A stretch of 61,293 bases of DNA, filler included, from Pirum gemmata (lineage: Eukaryota), in assembly GCA_002812295.1 (NCBI GenBank). It is 16 parts of 16 records of this genome, joined end to end, with 100 filler letters (N's around TTAATTAATTAA, not from the genome) between each part and the next. Parts side by side here need not be neighbours in the genome. Positions count along the whole stretch, not along the records: positions 1 to 3,175 come from PDIN01003334.1; positions 3,276 to 6,427 come from PDIN01003335.1; positions 6,528 to 9,640 come from PDIN01003336.1; positions 9,741 to 13,447 come from PDIN01003337.1; 12 more parts are not named here. One strand, given 5' to 3'. The notes under the pieces are model-generated. The model was not told where the DNA came from and did no database searches. It saw only the letters and a program-made list of their open reading frames with translations. Numbering within the stretch: position 1 is the first letter of the stretch; each line of letters begins with the position of its first letter. The position numbers and the translations under genes are program-made. Below are positions 1-13,073 of this stretch, piece after piece.

Positions 1-36
1 TAGTAGTAGTAGTAGTAATAGTAGTAATAATAATAA

Positions 37-100
<64 letters not shown>

Positions 101-113
101 TTTTGTGTTTTAC

Positions 114-856
114 CTTAGTGAAGTTCATCTTTTTTGTGACGTAAGAAGCACTTGAAGAGTACATCATCTGAAGTTCTGGTTTACAACCTTAAAATATCGT
201 TTAATGGAAACATATATGTATCAAAAATATAGTACACATATAAAACACAGATAAACAGGTTACTTGCTTATAATTCCAAGAAAGAAAATGGATAAAAATC
301 CAATCATAACATTTGATAGCAATAATAATGGTAGTAGCACGATAATAAATATGAAACTTACCTTCAGGAGAAACATATATAAACACTAAAGGAGTAGATT
401 TATGCCCATCCCTATGTGTATGAGTGAACGTATATGCAATATATCTATTTTGTTAAAAAAAAATTGTATAAAGTTAAAATAAAATTTTTATTTCCCAGTA
501 TCGAAGGTTAGAGTCGAGTAGGGAGATGATAAGAACAATCTTTTAACAAGGGAAATAATTGGTATATGTTTATGTGTGGTAAATATAGCTAGAAACAATA
601 ATAATAAACGAAAAGCAATAGCAATGATGATAATGCCAATAAGAAGAAAAACACCAATAGAAATCTTGTCAATCTTAAACACAACAACAGCCTTTACAAC
701 TACAACCACAATAGTCCACAACCACAACCACAACCACAACCACAGCCACAGCCACAGCCACAAACACAACTACAACCACAACCACAGCCACAGCCACAAC
801 CACAACCACAACCACAACCACAACCACAACCACAACACAACCACGATACCGAAAGC

Positions 857-912
<56 letters not shown>

Positions 913-1388
913 GGTTAGAAAAATAAAATAAAAAATGCAACCGCAGCAACGACAATGCAATATGAAATAAATAATAGTAAAGATAAGGAAAACCTAGGAA
1001 CCCTTTCTGGTAGTTCTTCTCTAAGATCTTCTAGGGAGATATCTTCAATTTCATCTTCAAGAACAACAGTTTGTGTTTTTAAGTCACATTTCACTATTTA
1101 CACAAAATAAAAAAAAATATTTTTTAAAAAAAAAAATACTATAACTTGGTTGAGGAATTACAAATAAAAATAACCTGTAAAAAACTGTGGAACTACAAAA
1201 TCTAAACAATTAATAAAAGAAAAGCAGGATAAATACAGAAAAAAAGACAATCCAAAAACAAACAAAAAAATATTAACTTAATAAAGAGATGACATACTTA
1301 TTAAAGCTGCAGCAGTCTCAGCCCTTCTCATTCTAAACTTTTTGTAAACTTTGAGAACATCTTCAGAAATCTCACAAGGGGATGCCAT
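114..1388 (-). CDS. GMF: Glia maturation factor (ADF-H family), exons 1388-1298, 1093-994, 444-362, 187-114; last exon lies outside the window
   Basis: Four GT-AG exons splice in frame to MASPCEISEDVLKVYKKFRMRRAETAAALIMKCDLKTQTVVLEDEIEDISLEDLREELPERVPRYIAYTFTHTHRDGHKSTPLVFIYVSPEGCKPELQMMYSSSASYVTKKMNFTK, which carries the GMF hallmarks ELPERxPR and SPxGCKPExQMMY. Confidence 0.95.
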
Positions 1389-3175
1389 TTTCTCTAAATA
1401 GTATTGTTAGTGTTATTTTTATTATTACCAGTAAGAAAAGAGGTACAGGTGATACAAGTTAATTGAAAGTTAAATAGTAAAGTTATGTTTTATCTACATT
1501 CCCTTATTCATTTATTACAAATAAATAAAATTAAATTTTATCTAATAAATAATTTTTTGCTGCACTTCTAAGTTCTATCATAATTAGATTAGGGGCCTAG
1601 CTAGCTAGCTAGTAGTAGCTAGCTATGATAGCTATCTATCTATCTGATAGCTAGCAGTCGTTTTTTCTACTCGTTTTAGCTACTAGCTAGTAGTAGCTAG
1701 CTGGTAGATAGATATACCAAGCCAAATAAAAACGGCGACATCCGCCATCGTAGACTAGCTACTAGCTAGAGTATCGATAGCGAGCTACTAGCTAGCTAGC
1801 TAGCTACTAGCTAGAGAGTAGAGACCCCAAAGAAAGAAAAGAAGTCGAAAAAAAAAAAAGATTTCTATCATAGGAAAAAAAAAATGCTTTTTGTGAATGT
1901 AACCCTAACCCTAACCCTAACTACTACCCTAACCCTAACAGTACCCTAACCCTAACCCTAAATCTTGTATTATATTTCTAAAGTACCTCTGTTATTAAGG
2001 GCTAGCCACTTCCGAAAAACAAACATGGAGTATTACACTATACCGTCTAGTACACTTGGCGATGATATAGACACTTTCTCACTTAGTGGTTAAGCAGTTG
2101 TGGTCCCACTCGCTGTATTATTTGTGGCAGTGGTTATCTGGATAATTATACTGGCTGAACATTCCTACCTAATCATCATATAAATAGAATGACGATTATA
2201 TCCAAATCTAGATTTTTTAAAATACTGGGATAAATAAAGATATATTACATAGTAACTATAGTTAAACCATGGCTAATCTTGTCCCCCCTTGGATACATAT
2301 TATATATAAAAGCCCATTATCCTACATACATCTGGATTATATATAATCTACAAACTTCCTCTATTTGGTTTCAGTACAGTACATTACTATGACTATGACT
2401 CTAATTACGTACACGCACACGCACACCACCATCACACTCATAATAACAACACAGCAGCTCTCCATCTCCATCCTCAGATTTAGCCCATATTCATTACCAC
2501 AATATTCGATTTCGTACTCAAACTAACCCTTGTACCTTACTCGGTGTCACACGTTCATAAATTTAATAAAAGAGATGCGTAACATAATATCCCCTGAAGA
2601 ATGATTAAATTGCAAATTTTCATGCAACCAAAATTTGAAGGATAAATCCAAACACCCCTTCTGGCAACCTTGCCCTAAGATAATAAATTACCTAATATAA
2701 AATAAACAAACTATCGTCACGTGCACATAACGTTAGATCCTAAACCTCAATTCCATACCCATTAAAAATTAACAGCTACACATGTAAGTAGTTACCTCAT
2801 AGCATTACCTCAAGCAAGCTTAAAATTCCTCTCGAAGTTAAAAAACACAAATTAATAACGTCCATAGTCTAAAATTTATAATTACTATAATGAATTATAA
2901 CAATAATAACTAAATATCAAATACTATTATGGGTATCATTCGCCTGTAAAAAAGGGTGGTCACTCACATATATATCCAAACTGAAGTAAATTGAAATATT
3001 AATGTACAACTATAAGCGGAAAATATTAAAATATACCGTTGTCCTTAAAAGCTATTTACGTTCATACATAAATATCGAACTTCTCCAATGACTGCTACTT
3101 CTACTAACACTACTAAATATAATAAAATTATCTTGTATTTATTTATATATTATTTTTAGTTTATTATTACTAATA

Positions 3176-3275
3176 NNNNNNNNNNNNNNNNNNNNNNNNN
3201 NNNNNNNNNNNNNNNNNNNTTAATTAATTAANNNNNNNNNNNNNNNNNNNNNNNNNNNNNNNNNNNNNNNNNNNN
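3176..3275. other. Artificial scaffold linker N44-TTAATTAATTAA-N44 (first of 15; others start at 6428, 9641, 13448, 19414, 25146, 29778, 33013, 36279, 39545, 42811, 46059, 49331, 52576, 58030)
   Basis: Identical 100-nt spacer containing a palindromic six-frame stop cassette, repeated 15 times. Confidence 0.99.
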
Positions 3276-3741
3276 ATAACAATAACAACAATAACAACAA
3301 TAACAACAATAACAACAATAACAACAATACTAATAAATAATAACAGTACACCGTATCAAGGCAGCAATACTATAACACGAAAAGTTAGAATAATAAAGGA
3401 TGTTGGTAATGATGGTAATGATGATTAGCAGTAGTATATCGAAAAAGCAATACGATTACTATAACTTTGGTGTAAGTAGGTGTAATAAATAATAATTTTG
3501 CTCACTGATAAAATTGAGTTATATTGTTTTTTTCTTGCAGCCTTGCTTTTACAAGTCTACAAGTATATTGAGGCAAAGTAAGAGGGGGAAATTACGTCAT
3601 CGTCCAGACAACTAACCAAAACTAAGAGGGGTAAATTACATCATCATTAAAAATTTAATATAAATCACGTGACCATATTGAACTATGACGACAGTGATGA
3701 CGTCACTGAAACTTTCGATCTGATCACTTTCACTAACTAGC

Positions 3742-3802
<61 letters not shown>

Positions 3803-4860
3803 GGTATTGCTGTTATTATTATTGTTATTGTTATAATATTAATATTGTTATTGTTATTGTTATATAATATTGTTTTATTGTTATATTAATATAAATATAT
3901 TGTTATTGTTATTGTTATATTAATTGTTATTAATATTGTTATATTGTAATTGTTGTATTGCAATTATTGCCTTTAATTAAATTTACTATTTCGCTATATT
4001 ATTATATTGCTGTTATTGCTTATTTTTATTAATATTATATATTGTTATCGTTATTGTTATAATATTATTATTGTTATTGTTATTATAATAATATTAAAAT
4101 ATTGTTATTGTTATTGTTATTGTTATTGTTATATATTGCTATTGTTATTGTTATTGGTATTGGTATTGTTACATAAATGCATATTGTTATTGGTATTGTT
4201 ACATAAATGCATATATAAGTTATGAATGGTATTATTATTGTTATTATTATTGTTATTATTATTTTTATTGTTATTGTTATTGTTATTGTTATAGTTATAG
4301 TTATTGTTATTGTACACATGTTATTGTTATTGTTATTAAATGTTATTGTTATAATATATTAATATTATAATTGTTATTAATATTATTATTATTATTATCA
4401 TTATTGTTATTGTTATTGTTATTGTTATTGTTATTGTTATTGTTATTGTTTAACACAAAACATACACGCACTTATTTATAATAATATTATATAAAACCAC
4501 ATCTTATTTATAATATAAAACCACATCTTATTTATTATAATACATAATTATCTATATTAATAAATAATATAAAATAAATCTTGTTATTAATTAATTGATA
4601 TTAATTCTAACTGACTTTTTTAACAATAATCGATATAAATTTTTACTGCTAACTTTTTTTTTTTGGTTACAGACTTACAGTCCATGAACGATGAGTGATA
4701 TGTCATACGCGACTATGATACGCTACGGTGATTTTTTTTATCTTTTTTTTATTTTTTTTAACTGTATAAAGTACGTAATATGGCATAGGATTGTGGGAGT
4801 AACAACACAAACAACAAATAACCAACAAAAAATTTTTTTAAACAACAAACAACCAACAGC

Positions 4861-5370
4861 AAACAACCAACAACACAAACAACCAACAACACAAACAACC
4901 AACAACACAAACAACCAACAACACAAACAACCAACAACACAAACAACCAACAACACAAACAACCAACAACACAAACAACCAACAACACAAACAACCAACA
5001 ACACAAACAACCAACAACACAAACAACCAACAACACAAACAACCAACAACACAAACAACCAACAACACAAACAACCAACAACACAAACAACCAACAACAC
5101 AAACAACCAACAACACAAACAACCAACAACACAAACAACCAACAACACAAACAACCAACAACACAAACAACCAACAACACAAACANCAAACAACAAACAA
5201 CAAACAACAAAAAAACAAACAACAAACAACAAACAACAAACAACAAACAACAAACATCAAACAACAAACAACAAACAACAAACAACAAATAACAAACAAC
5301 AAACAACAAATAACAAACGACAAACAACAAACAACAAACAACAAACAACAAACAACAAACAACAAACAAC
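4861..5370. repeat. Minisatellite: 16-bp unit AAACAACCAACAACAC (about 20 copies) followed by AAACAAC-type repeats
   Basis: Direct reading; explains the spurious ORFs at 4691-5431. Confidence 0.95.
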
Positions 5371-6596
5371 ATTAGGGTTAGTATCACAGATCTCAGAGTT
5401 CTTCAGAATCTCCACAGTATTTTTGATATGATTCCTAGGAATCCTTTGACCAATGACCTGGCACCTGAGTTAGCATGCTACTTTTTGATTCGATAAATGT
5501 TTCTAATACTTTTGCAATAGACCAATGGTATGTTCTATATGTTTTCTCCTCAAATAATCATAATTTACCATAAAAATCAAAAAAGCACAAATATGTAGCC
5601 AATAAGAGTAGCTGAGGTCATAGTAGCCTTAGGTAGGAACTGCTTCTTGTTTTGTTTTGTTTTTTTTTTTCAGAATTATTTCTTTTTTCTTCTTCCCCCC
5701 TTTTTCCTCTTTTAGTACTCTTTTAGTTCTCTTTTTCCTCTTTTTCCTCTTTTTTCTTTTTTTCCTCAGCAGCTATAGGTATGAACCCGTCGAAGTTTGA
5801 TTCGGAACAAAAGTTTACAACTGAATACTTTCAGAAAAATAAAGCAAGCGTAAAAGAACATTCAAGTTGTTACGTAACAACAATGCAATAAACAACAACA
5901 AACAACAACAAACGACAACAAACAACAACAAACAACAACAAACAACAACACCATCATCATCATCGTCATCATTATCAACAACACCATTATCATCATCATC
6001 ATCGACATACATCAACATCAACATCAAACTCAACATCAGCATCAGCATCAGCATCAGCAGCACAATATCCAACATTAACTTCACCAACATTAATCAATAT
6101 TAACATTAATAAAATGTATACTATATTAATACATGATACATCAAAATTTAAAGTTAAAAAGCATTAATTAATTAAAAGATTTTAAAATTATCAACAATAA
6201 AACCCAGGGAAAATTCATATAAATTATCGATAGCGAAGACCCAACTAGTCTTATCACTATATCATAGGTAATAGCTAGTTATACTGGTATGATATTATAT
6301 ATAGATTATATAGAACTCGATAATGATATATTTATTATCAAGCCTTATATTTTAGTACGTTTGAAACTCATTTCATACTTCACTTTCGATCATTTTTGTT
6401 ATTTTTTATTATTATTATCATAGCATTNNNNNNNNNNNNNNNNNNNNNNNNNNNNNNNNNNNNNNNNNNNNTTAATTAATTAANNNNNNNNNNNNNNNNN
6501 NNNNNNNNNNNNNNNNNNNNNNNNNNNAAGAACAACAAGAACAACAAGAACAACAAGAACAACAAGAACAACAAGAACAACAAGAACAATAACAAT

Positions 6597-6661
<65 letters not shown>

Positions 6662-7147
6662 CGGCAACACTTTTGTTGATCTAAAAGCTAGTGAAAACAG
6701 TGATAGCGAAAACAGTGATTGCGAGGATGCGGAAAATTGGAATTTATTTGACTTGCTACATTCTTATTCTCTAGATAATGTGAATAATGATAATAGTAAT
6801 GTTAACTGTTTGGCAGATAATTTGAAGATAAACCCAAACAATATCAGACTAATTGTCTGAAGTTGTTTGGGTTAGGGACCCTCGGTCACTGTTTTCACTA
6901 GCGCTTCCAGTCTATTCTTGCATTTTTTATTTTTTTATAAAACCATGGTTACGATATTTTTTTTTTTTTTTAATTATTTTATAAAAAAATAATAAAAAAA
7001 AAAACATGATTATGTTATAGATGTAATTATTGTTAGTAATAATTATATATGTATTTTCATTTTTTGTATGCGTTAATAGTTGCGCGGTATTTTCTTTTTT
7101 TTGCTTTTCTTCTTGAAGCAAGTTCATATTTTCTTTTTAATTTTTTT

Positions 7148-9640
7148 TATCATTGACTATTTAAATTAAACCAATTGCAAAATACTTTCTTTTTAATTTT
7201 TTTGTATATATGATTCCTAAAGCACTTTCGTTTTTAATTTTTAAAGAATAAAGGAATTTTAATTAAACTTTTCATTTTGGTTGAAATTTTTTTTGTTATA
7301 TTATTACGTGTACAAATTTGATACACGTGTACTTATTACCATTACTGTTAATATTATATAAAAATGTAATATATATGATAAATATTAATTAAAATCAATG
7401 TTAAAGTTGATATCTTATTAAATAATTATAACATATAAACGTAATAATATTATTTAGAAAAAATAATATGAATATATAATAATAATAATAAAAATAATAA
7501 TAACAATATTTTAACAATAATAATAATCATAATAATCATAATCATAATATATAATAAAATCTAAAATTTTTTATTTTTATTAAATAACATGTAAACGTCA
7601 TATTTAGAAAAAATATAATGTGAATAATAATAAATAAAAGTATTATAATAGTAACAATATTAGTATTGTTATTGTTTTGAAAAATTATTTTATGATAGTA
7701 ATATATGTTTGTTAAAAAGTATAAATACAGGGAAGATTTTAATGAAAAATCATGTATGTACGTGAAAAGTGTAAAAAGTCTATTTTGTGTAAAAATAATG
7801 TGTTCGTGTATGTGAGTAGTCTGTGTATGACTAGTGTGAAATAGTATGTGCTATTGTGTTTAATATTGAGTGGTATATATTAGTGTTTGGTTTTGATACC
7901 GTGTGCGGTGTCAAGTTGTAAATAGGCTAGTGTAAGTCCTATGTGTGCTAGTGTAAGTCCTTTGTGTGTCCGGTATTGTGTGCACGTGATATCAATTGTT
8001 TGTGTGTTACTGCGTGGTAACAAGTCTGTAAGTTTGTAGAGGCATTTGTTGTTTTAGTTTAAAATAAAAAATATATTGTCTGTTCATTTTAATAATCATA
8101 ATAATCATAATAATCATAATAATCATAATAATCATAATCATAATCATATATAATATAATCTTTTTATTTTTCATATAATCTTTTTATTTTTTTTTATCAT
8201 TGACGATATTAATTAATGATAACTAATCGCAAAACACTTTCTTTTTATTTCTTTTATATATTCGACGATTTATTAATGATTCCTAAAACAATGTCGTTTT
8301 AATTTTTTTAAAGAATAAAGGATTTTAAACTTTTCATTTTGGTTGAAATTTTTTTTTTGCTTTATTATTACAAATTTAATTATTATATAATACACTTGTA
8401 CGTATTACCATTACTGTTAATATTATATAAAAATATAATATATATTATAAATATTATTAATAATTAATTTTTTATAAAATCAATATCTTATTCAATAACA
8501 TATAAACGTAATATTTAGAAAACATAATATTAAAATATAGTAATAGTAATATAATATTAATATAAAGTAACAATATTTTAACAATAATAATATTAATAAT
8601 GATAATCATAATAATCATAATAATCATAATAATCGATATCATAATCATAATCATATATAATATAATCTTTTTATTTATCATATAATTTTTTTATTTTTTT
8701 TTATCATTGACGATTTTAAGTATAATAATGATAACCAATTGCAAAACACTTTCTTTTAATTTTTTTTGCATATTCGACGATTTATTAATGGTTCCTAAAA
8801 CATTTTCGTTTTTAATTTTAAAAAAGAATAAAGGGTTTTTAAAAACTTTTTATTTTGGTTGATTTTTTTTTTGTTTTGTATTATATTAAAATTTATTACA
8901 AATTTAATTGTTATGTATATAATACACGTGTACGTATTACCATTACTGTTCATAATATATAAAAATATAGTATTAATATAAATTCTAAATATTAAATAGG
9001 ATCAATATTAGCGTTGATCTCTTATTTAAAAATAACATAAACGTAATATTTCAAAAAATAATATGAATAATAATAATATTTTTAATAGTAACAATAACAG
9101 TACTAGTAATAATAATAACAATCATAATAATCATAATAATCATATCATAATCATAATAATCATAACCATAATGATATATAATCATAATATAATCTTTTTA
9201 TTTTTTTCTATCATTGATGATTTTCCAATTGAAAAATAATTTCTTTTTATTTTATTTATATATTCGACGATTTATTATAATTATGATTACTAAAACACTT
9301 TCGTTTTTCATTTTTAATTAAAGAATAAAGGATCTTTAAACTGTTATATGGTATTACAAAATTTAATTATTATATAATATACGTGTACGTATTACCATTG
9401 CTGATAATATCATATAAAAATGTAATATAATTTTATTATAAATATTAATTAAATAAAATCAATATTAGCGTTGATATCTTAAGCTTATTAATTTATAAAA
9501 ATACTTAATCATTCAAATAATAACAATATGAATCATAATAATAATAATAATAATAATAACGTTAACGTTAACAATAACAATAATAATTATTATCATCATC
9601 ATCATAATCATACTCATAATCATAATCATAATCATAATCA
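7148..9640. repeat. Diverged tandem satellite of about 505 bp, copies starting near 7148, 8196, 8702 and 9209
   Basis: Blocks TATCATTGA, AAAGAATAAAGG and ACGTGTACGTATTACCATTACTG recur in the same order in each unit. Confidence 0.85.
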
Positions 9641-9851
9641 NNNNNNNNNNNNNNNNNNNNNNNNNNNNNNNNNNNNNNNNNNNNTTAATTAATTAANNNN
9701 NNNNNNNNNNNNNNNNNNNNNNNNNNNNNNNNNNNNNNNNAATAAACAATAAACAAACAAATAAACAATAAACAATAAACAATAAACAATAAACAATAAA
9801 CAATAAACAATAAACAATAAACAATAACGATTTAATAATTGATATTGTTAG

Positions 9852-9988
9852 GTTCCTTGCTTTGTGTGTTAGAATCGTTAGCGAATGTTGTTGCGCAAAA
9901 ATGTAAAAATGAGAATTTCGCTTTTTCGTCAGAGACCACTGAAAGTGAACAAACCGATTTTGATAAAGTAGTAAGTGGAGACAGAGAG
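9852..9988 (+). CDS. Isolated probable exon of an unknown gene
   Basis: TAG acceptor and GTAATC donor bracket an open, complex frame (GSLLCVLESLANVVAQKCKNENFAFSSETTESEQTDFDKVVSGDRE) between microsatellites. Confidence 0.4.
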
Positions 9989-10253
9989 GTAATCATTATT
10001 CTTATTCTTATTCTTATTCTTATTCTTATTCTTATTCTTATTCTTATTCTTATTCTCATTCTTATCGTTATGGTTTTCATTATGATTATTACCATGATTA
10101 TCATTATCGTTATCGTTATCATTAGTATCATTATAATCATCATTATCATCATCATTATCATTGTAATTATCATTATCATCATCATTACCATTATCATTAT
10201 CAATATCAATATCATTATCACTATCACTATCATTATCATTATCATTGTCATTG

Positions 10254-10356
<103 letters not shown>

Positions 10357-10528
10357 NTAATAATAATAATAATAATAATAAAAAGTTGAATAAAAAGGGC
10401 AAATTTTACATTCCTTAGTAGTCTAGCTACTACTTACTAAGAAAACTACTTACTACTAGTATGATAGTAGATAGGGATTAGGGAGCTCAGGACTCTCAGG
10501 ACTCCAGCCTAGCTAATTAGAATACAGT

Positions 10529-10761
10529 AGTAGGGGTGAGATATCTACTGGAACTTTTTTCGAACAGGTGCTTATCGAGCCAACCTTAGTTCCGTGATTC
10601 TTACTAATAATAGCAGATAAATAGCTTAAAATAGTAAGTCCAATTATAGTAGATACCAATTAAAGTAATAATATTAACATTAATAATAATAAAATCATAA
10701 ATATCGGAAAAGTTCCGGCAGCTGTTCGGTAATAATAAAATGACGTCATCTCACCCCTACT
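10529..10761. mobile_element. MITE family A, full copy with 8-bp TSD AATACAGT
   Basis: 14-bp TIR AGTAGGGGTGAGAT / ATCTCACCCCTACT; AATACAGT at 10521-10528 and 10762-10769. Confidence 0.93.
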
Positions 10762-11006
10762 AATACAGTCTACAAGACTACAAAACGTAGGGAATCATCC
10801 ATACGTTACTTAATCTTACCTATGCCTCTTTGCCCAAAACACTTTTGGTCATAATTTTAAAGTTCATTTTAATAATTAATTACTGCCTAAAACAGTTTAA
10901 GTCACATTTTCGAGCAATGACTTTTATCAAAGAATAAGTGACGTCCTTTATGAATGTTCCCTAACAACGACTTGCAATAATCATGTTGGATGACTAAAAA
11001 AATCTC

Positions 11007-11299
11007 AGATATCTGCTGGAACTTTTTTCGAACAGATGCTTATCGAGCCAACCTTAGTTCCTTGTTCCTTACTAATAATAACAGTTAAATAGCTTTTAAA
11101 ATAGATGCTTATCGAGCCAACCTTAGTTCCGTGTTTCTTACTAATATTAGCAGTTAAATAACTTAAAATAGTGAATCTAATTATAGTAGATACCAATTAA
11201 AATAATAATATTAACATTAATAGTAATAAAAACCATAAAAATCGAAAAAGTTCCCGCAGCTGTTCGGTAATAATAAAATGACGTCATCTCACCCCTACT
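11007..11299. mobile_element. MITE family A, left-truncated copy with internal duplication
   Basis: Same internal sequence, with GCTTATCGAGCCAACCTTAGTTCC present twice; right TIR intact. Confidence 0.88.
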
Positions 11300-11309
11300 A
11301 GTCTATTTC

Positions 11310-11541
11310 AGTAGGGGTGAGATATCTACTGGAACTTTTTTCGAACAAATGCTTATCGAGCCAACCTTAGTTCCGTGTTCCTTACTAATAATAGCAGTTA
11401 AATAACTTAAAATAGTAAATCTAATTATAGTACTTACCAATTAAAGTAATATTATTAACATTAATAGTAATAAAACCATAAAATTGGAAAAGTTCTGGCA
11501 GCTGTTCGGTAATAATAAAATGACGTCATCTCACCCCTACT
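11310..11541. mobile_element. MITE family A, full copy with 7/8 TSD
   Basis: Both TIRs present; flanks TCTATTTC and TCTATTCC. Confidence 0.9.
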
Positions 11542-11713
11542 TCTATTCCTCTCAATCTGTTTAAAAGTGTATAGACTAATTGAACTTGTTTATAAATACA
11601 AAATTAATTATAAAATACCAAATTATTTAAAAATGCTAAATCATAATAATAATTGGGTATGTTTTAATTCCAGTTTTGAACTGGACAACACTATTGAAAA
11701 ACACATAAACTAA

Positions 11714-11936
11714 GGGGGGATCGTTTAAATAATACGTCACGTCAAGGGGAAGGTAGGTAGGTGGTATATGACCGGAAATTAACTTCGAGGGGTAGGTAGG
11801 TGGTATATGACCCGGAAATTATCATAACTTCGAGGGGTAGGTAGGTGGTATATGACCCGGAAATTATCATAACTTCGAGGGGTAGGTAGGTGGGGGTATT
11901 TGAAGCTGTATTTGATCGGAAATTGGCGTTACGTTA
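11714..11936. mobile_element. MITE family B (PIF/Harbinger-like), copy with internal tandem expansion of an approx. 45-bp unit
   Basis: Starts TAA|GGGGGGATCGTTTAAATAATACGT; internal GGGGTAGGTAGGTGG...CCGGAAATT unit repeated. Confidence 0.75.
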
Positions 11937-12706
11937 CTAGCTAGCTAGCTAGCTACTACTAGCTATCACGATAGTAGCCCGGGTCTATAGATAATAGAAT
12001 ATCTAATAGACTATAATCAGAAGATTCAGAACTGGCTCACTGGCTCACTGGCTCGTCCGGTTTCTCTTTCTAATGGTATCGAGTTAATATGTTCAGAACT
12101 TCAGATAGGGTTCCTGCAATCCAGCCTAAAGTAACGTTTAAAACATCACCTACCTTCCCTCCTTTGAGCTGACTGCGATAACCAAGAGTGATCCGTTTAC
12201 ACAAGGGTTTTTACATATGAAGTTTTTAGTGAGACTTAACCTCGAAAGTATTTAGTGAGACTTGCTCGAAAGTGTTTAGCGAGAGAGGTTTGCTCGATCG
12301 TGTAGAATTTTGTTCCTTCCATATTAAGTGTTTTTATTACCAAATTTGCCACAGCACTACAACATCGCAACTTCGCAAGTCCACGGTCCACCATCCTTTA
12401 CTTCAGAAGACCTGGCCTACTAAATATAGATGCCGCCCGCGCCAGCCGGGATTTGGCTGGTAGACTAGCTAGATGCCGCGTAGATCGGGGTCTAGCTAGC
12501 TAGTTAAACTGTTCTAAATTGTTAAAATCCCCCTCTCAGAGGGCCTCTCTAGTTTAACTTGAGTTCTATTTGATGGATCGATGATATGGAATGTGAACAC
12601 GTGAAGGCTGAGTAAAAAAAGTGTAAAAAACCAAAATGTTACAACAGCTGTTACAACCACTAGCTAGCTAGCTGGTTACAACTATGTTTACTGTAACATC
12701 CTGTAA

Positions 12707-12861
12707 GGGAGCGTTCAAATAATAATATGTCACATCAAGGGGTAGGTAGGCGGTATTTGACCGGAAATTAACGTCAAGGGGTAGGTAGATAGACTGTAGG
12801 TAGGTGTGTTTGAAGCTGTATTTGACAGGAAATTGGCGGTACGTAATATTTGAACTCTCCC
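12707..12861. mobile_element. MITE family B copy
   Basis: TAA|GGGAGCGTTCAAATA ... TATTTGAACTCTCCC imperfect TIRs. Confidence 0.8.
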
Positions 12862-12909
12862 CGAGTTAACTATCGTACTACTAAGTAATGTAACTATAGT
12901 GCAGACAAG

Positions 12910-13073
12910 CTAAAAACGGACCGACTTTTGGGTTTCACTATAATTTCAGATTTCGAACATAATTATTGTAATAGTTATTAAATAGATTTGAAATATTCGA
13001 ACATATTTTATAAAAAAATGTGGGACTTTTTAACACTTTTTTAACTAATAATAAAAAAAGTAGGCCGTTTTAG
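12910..13073. mobile_element. MITE-like family D (second copy near 47401-47567)
   Basis: Imperfect TIR CTAAAAACGGACCGACT / AGTAGGCCGTTTTAG; internal TGGGACTTTT and AAAAAAAGTAGG shared with the 47.4-kb copy. Confidence 0.55.

Noticed and set aside
488..960. His/Asn-, Cys/Gly- and Leu/Trp-repeat ORFs
   Set aside because: Translations of microsatellites inside a GMF intron; the same applies to most low-complexity ORFs in the track (e.g. 4007-5431, 9832-10402, 24302-26990, 27929-29049, 46502-46917)
2000..3100. Complex, less AT-rich stretch as a decayed retroelement
   Set aside because: No open frame or motif series I could support
3220..3231. Regularly spaced TTAATTAATTAA as a biological repeat or CRISPR-like array
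   Set aside because: Always embedded in N44 flanks; an artificial six-frame stop linker
12060..12490. Short ORFs and a triple TTTAGTGAGAC..CTCGAAAG repeat as an RNA gene or mini-CRISPR
   Set aside because: Repeats are adjacent with no spacers; no tRNA, snRNA or protein motif recognised
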